The notes below the pieces were generated by a model. The model made no database searches, was not told the DNA's origin, and was given only the letters and a program-made list of their open reading frames with translations. The translations under genes and the position numbers were made by a program. From contig OZ244044.1 in NCBI GenBank assembly GCA_965215275.1, positions 1,216,001-1,280,000 of the forward strand: 64,000 bases of DNA, given 5' to 3'. Position 1 is the stretch's first letter, and the number at the start of each line of letters is the position of its first letter. Of this stretch, positions 57,946-64,000 are shown one piece after another. Origin of the DNA: Thermodesulfobacteriota bacterium (lineage in GTDB: Bacteria > Desulfobacterota_D > UBA1144 > Nemesobacterales > JAJCZQ01).

Positions 57946-60437
57946 ATGAACATGTTATTTAGAGTAATACCCCCCCCCATAAGTTATTAATTTCCTTTTT
58001 CTTTCTTCTGTGCTTTGCGTCCATTGGTGCATATGGTCAGACCAGTATTAAGAACTGTGACTCCAGTGCAGCGATCGAAGCTACATTGGAAGTGGGTCGA
58101 CCGGCTATCCGAAGAAATTTAAGTGATGCCGGTTTACATTATTTTCAGATAAATCCAAATGGAAATTTTATTGCAGATATAGAGGTAGAAGATATCACCT
58201 TCTCCAATGATCAGGAATACAGTTTACAGGTATGTGACAGCAATGATGATCTGATAGCAAGTACCACTGAAGTGCATCCGAGTGATGAAGAGTCAAGAAC
58301 GAATGCCACTATACAAACTCGTTTCAGCCCGGGAACGTACTATATAGTTGTGGGAAGCAGTGGACCTACACCCTACGGGGTTCGAGTTCTAGTAGCTGAT
58401 TCTCAAAACTTATTCGATGACTATGACTGTCCAGGTATTACTACCAATTTTCCAAATGATCCCTTATACGGGTGTCAGTGGTATCTGAAACGTCAAGCGG
58501 GTGAGCTTATATTAGGTGAAAAGACAATACCACTCCCTGAAGAAGATATAGACATAAAAATAGAAGAGGTCTGGGATGATAGTGTATTTGGAGCTGGGAT
58601 TAACGTGGCGGTGGTAGATCATGGTATGGACACAGATCATGAGGACCTTGCTGACAACATAGATACCACCCTTTCTCATGATTACTCCGGAAGCGGTGAT
58701 CTGTACAGTCCTTTCAGTGGTCGTGGTACACGTGTAGCAGGCATTATAGCAGCAGTGGGTGATAACAGCCTTGGAGTAAGAGGTGTAGCACCTGAGGCAA
58801 ACATCTACAGTTATAATTTAGCTGATAACTTCAGTGATGCTAACGCAAAGGACGCCATGGTCCGTAATAAGGATATAACGGCTGTATCGGTCAACAACTG
58901 GGGACCGAAGGACCTGCCGGTTCTTACAGAGGCTTCATCGGAGTGGGAAGAAGGAGTGAGAACTGGTATAAGAGAAGGTTTTGGTGGTAAAGGTGTATTT
59001 TACGTATGGGCGGCAGGGGACGGACATGAAGGATCAGACCAGGCTAATTTTAATGAGTATTCCAACTACTACGCAGTAACTACCGTATGTTCAATGGAAG
59101 CTGAAGGTAAGCCTGCTTTTCGTAATAGTTCCTTTTCAGAAGAGGGATACAATCTATGGGTATGTGCACCGGGTTCTTATATTGTAACGACGGACAATAA
59201 CGACAGTTATACTTTTGAGTTCCCTGGAACGTCAAATTCAGCTGCTGTTGTTTCAGGAGTAGCAGCACTGATGCGGGAGGTAAACAGTGATATTAGCTGG
59301 CGGGACCTGAAACTGATACTGGCAGGTTCAACCGACCAAGGAGCTCTTGACCGTGGGTGGAATAGAAGAGCACTTAAATACGGTTCTGATTCAGAGTATT
59401 ATTTTTACAATCCAAAGTTCGGTTTTGGTACAGTAGACACCGCAGCGGCAGTAGAACTTGCAGGGAACTGGACCAACGTTCCACCGCCAATGAGGCCCGT
59501 GACGGTTTCCTCGGGTAATATCGATACAGTTATACCAGACTTCACAACGGGAGGAAACGCGGAAGACGTTTCCGCTGTTTTCACACTGAACGTACCTGAT
59601 ATAGATATACCAGGTACTGAGGTCTTTACGGAATTTATAGAGATAGGTATCAATTTCACTCACCCTTTCTTTCCTTTTTTAAGTATAGAAATAACTTCCC
59701 CTGACGGTAGAGTGTCAAAACTCACTGAGGCATATCCAGCAGAAGCTTTATCACTTTTATTATCTGGCAGATCTCTTACTGTAGACGACTTTGACTATAC
59801 AGGCAGAGAGCATCGTTTTGGTTTAGCCAACCACCTGGGAACAGACCCTGCCGGAGAGTGGACCTTGAAGATAACCAACGCTTCAGTCGCAGGTGCGGGG
59901 ACTTTACACTCATGGAACATTAAGGTCTATGGTCATATGTCTGGGGATACACCTACGTTTAACAACTGGACGATACCAGATAAGAACTACGTGCCAGGAA
60001 CTGCAATAAAGGAAACACTGCCTGAGGCAACAGCAGGGAATGGAGAATTAACCTACAGCCTGTCCCCTATTTTACCTGCTACTGGTTTACCTGCTGGACT
60101 TACTTTCAGTTCAGCTGACAGAGTGCTTAGCGGAACACCAACTGCTGTATCTTCCGGCAGTTATACATATACGGTAACGGATGAAGATGGAGATACGGAC
60201 GAACTCATCTTTACCATCAGGGTAACGACTACGCCACCAGGACCGACAGACCCACCAACAACAGGACCACCGACACGAAGACCGACATCATCAGGTACAG
60301 GCGGAGGTGGAGGAGGATGTGCGGTCTCAGATCAGAACGAAGCTGCTTCTGATCTGCTCACAGCATTGGCATCTCTGATGCTTATACCTGTATCCGTTGT
60401 GATAAGAAGGAAGATAAGGTCTCGGATAAAGGTTTAG
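57946..60437 (+). pseudogene. Subtilase-like surface protein (S8, P-domain, Ig-like repeat, sorting tail), frameshifted at a C9 tract
   Basis: ATGs at 57934/57946/57952 are out of frame with the signal peptide HKLLISFFFLLCFASIGAYG and with ORF 58086..60437. Motifs VAVVDHG, GVAPEA, GTS, GFG.VD, GEWTLKI. Confidence 0.8.
57970..57978 (+). repeat. Poly-C (C9) tract, possible phase-variation switch
   Basis: Lies between the start codons and the signal-peptide core; C10 or C7 restores the frame. Confidence 0.7.
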
Positions 60438-60706
60438 TAATGCAGTCCTTTCCAGGACGTTGAACAAACCGGGATCTTTCCATTATTTTGATCTTCAATG
60501 TCCTTATTACAAGGGTCTAACTACAAGGTTTTCCGCCCGATACGAATATGATCTTGTAAAAAACATTTTTATTCATTTGGCGTAGTTACCTATATAATTT
60601 CCTTTATTTTTATCATCGGTGATAGCGAAAATGCTGACTTTGGAAAAATCTAAGGTATTATATATAGAAATTCATCAAATATATTGAAAGTGCAGGTGTT
60701 CTTGTT

Positions 60707-61570
60707 ATGTCCAGTTTGATTGACGGTAAGAAAGTATCAGAAGATACAAGGGTGGAGATCGCAAAAGGTGTAAAAGAGCTTAAGAGTGCTTACGGAATCG
60801 TTCCGGGGCTTGCCGCCGTGCTCGTTGGGGACAATCCTGCTTCGGATATATACGTTCGTAATAAAAGGAAAGCATGTGAGAAAGTCGGTATTTATTCCGA
60901 AGAGCACAGACTGTCTCAGAAAACGACCGAGGAACAATTAATGCAGCTGGTTGAAAAGCTGAATCAGGATGACAGAATTCACGGGATATTAGTACAGCTT
61001 CCACTGCCTGACCAAATTAATGAGACAAATATCCTGAGAAAGGTTTCCCCGCTAAAAGATGTAGATGGTTTTCATCCTGATAACGTCGGAAGGTTGGTTG
61101 AAGGAAATCCAAGATTTGTTTCCTGTACGCCTTACGGAATTATTAAAATGCTGGATTACTATAATATTGAAATTAAAGGTAGTGACGCAGTTGTTGTGGG
61201 AAGAAGCAACATTGTTGGCAAGCCCGTGGGCATGCTGCTTCTGCACAGGCACGCTACCGTTACGACCTGTCATTCAAGAACTAAAAACCTGGGAGAGGTT
61301 ACAGCAAGAGCGGATATACTTGTGGCAGCGATAGGAAGGGCTGATTTTATTAAAGCTGATATGGTGAAAGAAGGAGCCGTGGTAATAGATGTTGGAATTA
61401 ACAGGAATGAGGATGGTAAACTGACGGGGGACGTGGATTTTAAAGGCGTTAAAGAAAAAGCTTCCTATATCACACCTGTACCTGGCGGAGTGGGTCCGAT
61501 GACCATAACAATGCTGCTGTGGAACACGCTTGCATCAGCTAAACTGGCGTGTGAAGGTGTATCCGACTGA
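60707..61570 (+). CDS. folD: Methylenetetrahydrofolate dehydrogenase/cyclohydrolase
   Basis: GILVQLPLP, KDVDGFHP, GRSNIVGKP, TPVPGGVGPMT. Confidence 0.98.
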   Translation: MSSLIDGKKVSEDTRVEIAKGVKELKSAYGIVPGLAAVLVGDNPASDIYVRNKRKACEKVGIYSEEHRLSQKTTEEQLMQLVEKLNQDDRIHGILVQLPLPDQINETNILRKVSPLKDVDGFHPDNVGRLVEGNPRFVSCTPYGIIKMLDYYNIEIKGSDAVVVGRSNIVGKPVGMLLLHRHATVTTCHSRTKNLGEVTARADILVAAIGRADFIKADMVKEGAVVIDVGINRNEDGKLTGDVDFKGVKEKASYITPVPGGVGPMTITMLLWNTLASAKLACEGVSD

Positions 61571-61596
61571 CGTTGTTGTAACCGTCTCTTATGTTT

Positions 61597-62118
61597 TTAC
61601 TCGTCTTTGATACTGGAACGATACAACTCCGTGTATGACCGTTTGATCTTTTTAACTTCTTTATTGTCTTTAAGGTTTGTCAGCAGCCTGCTTACCGTCT
61701 GCCGCAGCACCGGATGCTCAAGATCAGGTTCGATTTCGCAAAGGGGTTTCAGAACGAATTTTCTTTTATGGAGTTCTTTGTGCGGTATGGTAAGTTTTTT
61801 GGTCTCCATCACAAGATTTTCATAGAACAGCACGTCGAGATCTATTATCCTTGGAGCCCACCTCCTGCTGCTTCTGCGTCCCATATGTCTTTCTGTGGTT
61901 TTTAAAGAATCCAGCAGCTTATGATGTGAAAGCGTCGTTTTTACCTTAGCCACTGCATTTATAAATCTTGGCTGACCTTCACTGCCCACGGGTTCGGTTT
62001 CATAAAAAGATGACACTGTGTTGATCGTTGTGAATTCTGAAATTGCCTTTAAGGCGTTAAGGCAGTTTTCAATTCTGTTTCCCAAGTTGGAACCGATACC
62101 TATGTAAACGTTAAACAT
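61597..62118 (-). CDS. folK: 6-hydroxymethyl-7,8-dihydropterin pyrophosphokinase
   Basis: IGIGSNLG, YETEP, PRIIDLDVL, LTIPH. Confidence 0.96.
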   Translation of the reverse strand: MFNVYIGIGSNLGNRIENCLNALKAISEFTTINTVSSFYETEPVGSEGQPRFINAVAKVKTTLSHHKLLDSLKTTERHMGRRSSRRWAPRIIDLDVLFYENLVMETKKLTIPHKELHKRKFVLKPLCEIEPDLEHPVLRQTVSRLLTNLKDNKEVKKIKRSYTELYRSSIKDE

Positions 62119-62206
62119 TATGTTTTTATTTAAGCAGATTTTGTTCTATAATGAAAATGTGAAAAATAAGGAAGTATTAACCAGCAAAACAAGGGAAGGG
62201 TAAATT

Positions 62207-62845
62207 ATGAGTAGCACAAGTAGATATTCCGGCTCGCAAAGTAAGTATGCAATGTTAAGGCAAAAGTTAACTCCTTTGCTTAAAAAAAGCGATTTTACCG
62301 TTAAGCAACTTGTTTCAATCGGGGTTCATTATATTGAATCCGACGGATATCAGACAAGTGTAGCTGAGATTGAGAAAGAGATAAGAATGGCAACTCGGCC
62401 AGTAGGGCACTGGAAGAATAAATGGGGATTTAGGTGTGCTACTGATCCTGCAGGTTCCGGTAAATTCGGTGTTAGCTTTGTTAAAGATAAGTTCAGTGGA
62501 ATAGTTACTATAGAGGAAGATAGCAGGTATCAGACTAAAACAGATAGAACACAAACAACAAAAACAACGATACTGCTGGACGACAGTGATATTGAAGGGT
62601 TTTTAAAGGATCTAAGCGGTTGGCACAGAGCGGGTAATGAAATATCAAAGGTGTACAGATGTAAGACCTTCGTAGATTCCATTGGCTTTGTTAACAAAAT
62701 TGCCATTCTTGCTGAAAAAACTGATCATCATCCCGATATACTGATCAACTATAGCAAGGTCACTATAACACTCTCCACTCACAGTGAAGAAGGAATCACA
62801 ATTAAAGATATAATCCTTGCCAAAGAGATCGAGGGACTTCGTTAG
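62207..62845 (+). CDS. Pterin-4-alpha-carbinolamine dehydratase domain with unknown N-terminal domain
   Basis: C-terminal ~90 aa has AEKTDHHPDI and LSTHSEEGIT.KD; N-terminal ~120 aa not recognised. Confidence 0.8.
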   Translation: MSSTSRYSGSQSKYAMLRQKLTPLLKKSDFTVKQLVSIGVHYIESDGYQTSVAEIEKEIRMATRPVGHWKNKWGFRCATDPAGSGKFGVSFVKDKFSGIVTIEEDSRYQTKTDRTQTTKTTILLDDSDIEGFLKDLSGWHRAGNEISKVYRCKTFVDSIGFVNKIAILAEKTDHHPDILINYSKVTITLSTHSEEGITIKDIILAKEIEGLR

Positions 62846-62846
62846 T

Positions 62847-63155
62847 ATGGAATATGCCCAGGTATCAACGGTTTTTTATGCCATCTGTTTGACCATACTG
62901 TTCTTTTGCATTCTTTCGCTCAGGATGGCTTTTACAAACGCCGGATATGCAAAGTATTGCAGATATTTTATCAGAGCAGCAGGTGTTTTACCGGGGTTTA
63001 TTGGCGTTTTATACGGCGTCTATCTTCAGTTCATAGTAAATGACCCCTCCGGGCTGGTTATAATGACAGGTTCTTTGCTGCTGGAGGTGGCTTCCGTTCA
63101 ACTGCTTTACGTTTTAAAAAAGCACGATCAGGATTTGGATGCTGGATCCAGATAG
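62847..63155 (+). CDS. Hypothetical membrane protein
   Basis: About 100 aa with three hydrophobic segments; ATG immediately after the upstream stop. Confidence 0.55.
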   Translation: MEYAQVSTVFYAICLTILFFCILSLRMAFTNAGYAKYCRYFIRAAGVLPGFIGVLYGVYLQFIVNDPSGLVIMTGSLLLEVASVQLLYVLKKHDQDLDAGSR

Positions 63156-63270
63156 GTAAATAAGGCAGGATCGAGACCGCTCTGACTGAAACTGGTGCAA
63201 TATAATACTCCGAATTAAATCTCCAGTTTGTTATAAGAATGTATTTTTCTCTGGAGCAAGTGACTTTTAA

Positions 63271-64000
63271 ATGAATATAAAGCTCTGTTTTCACATAGTT
63301 GGCACTTTTTTACAGTTTTTTGGCGGGTTGATGTTAATACCGTCCATCTGTTCCCTTATATACGGGTCAGGAGATGAGTACTTTTTCTTATTAACGGCAT
63401 TTATAACGGTATCTTCTGGGTTATTGCTGAAAATATTAAGCAGTGAAGCCAAAGATATAACCGAGCTGGGCAGAAAAGAAGCTTTTATTGTGGTTTTTTT
63501 ATGCTGGGTTGTAGCGAGTTTATTTGGTTCTCTTCCTTACATCTTCATGTCGGTATTTTCTAGCCCGGTGGATGCCTGGTTTGAATCCGTGGCAGGATTT
63601 ACCACGACGGGTGCCAGTGTTATTGAAGACCCATCGGTATTGCCCAGTGGTCTGCTCTTTTACAGGAGTTTTACCCAGTGGTTGGGCGGGATGGGGATCA
63701 TAGTACTGGGAGTTGCTATACTGCCCAGACTGTCCGTGGGTGGTATGCAGCTCATGAGCCTCGAATCTCCGGGTTTTGTTAAGGAAAGACTAACCCCGAA
63801 GATCGCCAAGACGGCCAAAAAGCTATGGATAATATATGTTGGCATGTCGTTGTTACTGGTCCTTTTGCTCCTGCTTTGTGGACTGCCTTTATTTGATGCC
63901 ATAGTTACTTCGTTCAGTACTTTATCCATCGGTGGGTTCACTGTAACAAGTGCCAGTATAGGAGGCTATAACAACTACTTGGTCGAGGTGTTGATAATGC
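63271..64000 (+). CDS. trkH: Trk potassium uptake protein (3'-truncated by window)
   Basis: Open frame from ATG 63271 with FGSLPY, FESVAGFTTTGASV, QWLGGMGII; absent from the ORF track because it has no stop in the window. Confidence 0.93.
   Translation, partial: MNIKLCFHIVGTFLQFFGGLMLIPSICSLIYGSGDEYFFLLTAFITVSSGLLLKILSSEAKDITELGRKEAFIVVFLCWVVASLFGSLPYIFMSVFSSPVDAWFESVAGFTTTGASVIEDPSVLPSGLLFYRSFTQWLGGMGIIVLGVAILPRLSVGGMQLMSLESPGFVKERLTPKIAKTAKKLWIIYVGMSLLLVLLLLLCGLPLFDAIVTSFSTLSIGGFTVTSASIGGYNNYLVEVLIM

Noticed and set aside
392..63941. Many short antisense or overlapping ORFs in the track (e.g. 1145..1714, 10499..11059, 21892..22452, 63660..63941)
   Set aside because: Shadow frames of well-supported genes on the opposite strand.

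Overview
A 64-kb bacterial chromosome segment around the replication origin. It contains dnaA-dnaN with a DnaA-box/DnaA-trio unwinding element between them, two perfect parS palindromes flanking mnmE, and mostly housekeeping genes for translation, Sec export, aromatic amino acid, folate and lipoate synthesis, and central metabolism. Normally conserved operons are broken: pheS from pheT, pheA-hisC-tyrA from aroA-cmk-rpsA, and sucD from sucC. The gene set looks Deltaproteobacteria/Dadabacteria-like, which is an impression only. The most unusual elements are: (1) a solo TnpB with intact RuvC residues enclosed by a perfect 28-bp inverted repeat whose outer 20 nt fall exactly where the omega-RNA guide is expected, so it is either a TIR-type TnpB element or a self-targeting locus; (2) two surface proteins at opposite ends of the window sharing a Pro/Thr-GGGGGGC-TM-RRK sorting tail, one being a subtilase that has lost its catalytic His and is frameshifted at a C9 tract; (3) an 874-bp tandem triplication of gspN, real or an assembly artefact; (4) a two-gene acetoacetate-decarboxylase-like operon with strong expression signals and a structured 5' leader. 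No rRNA, tRNA or CRISPR array was found.
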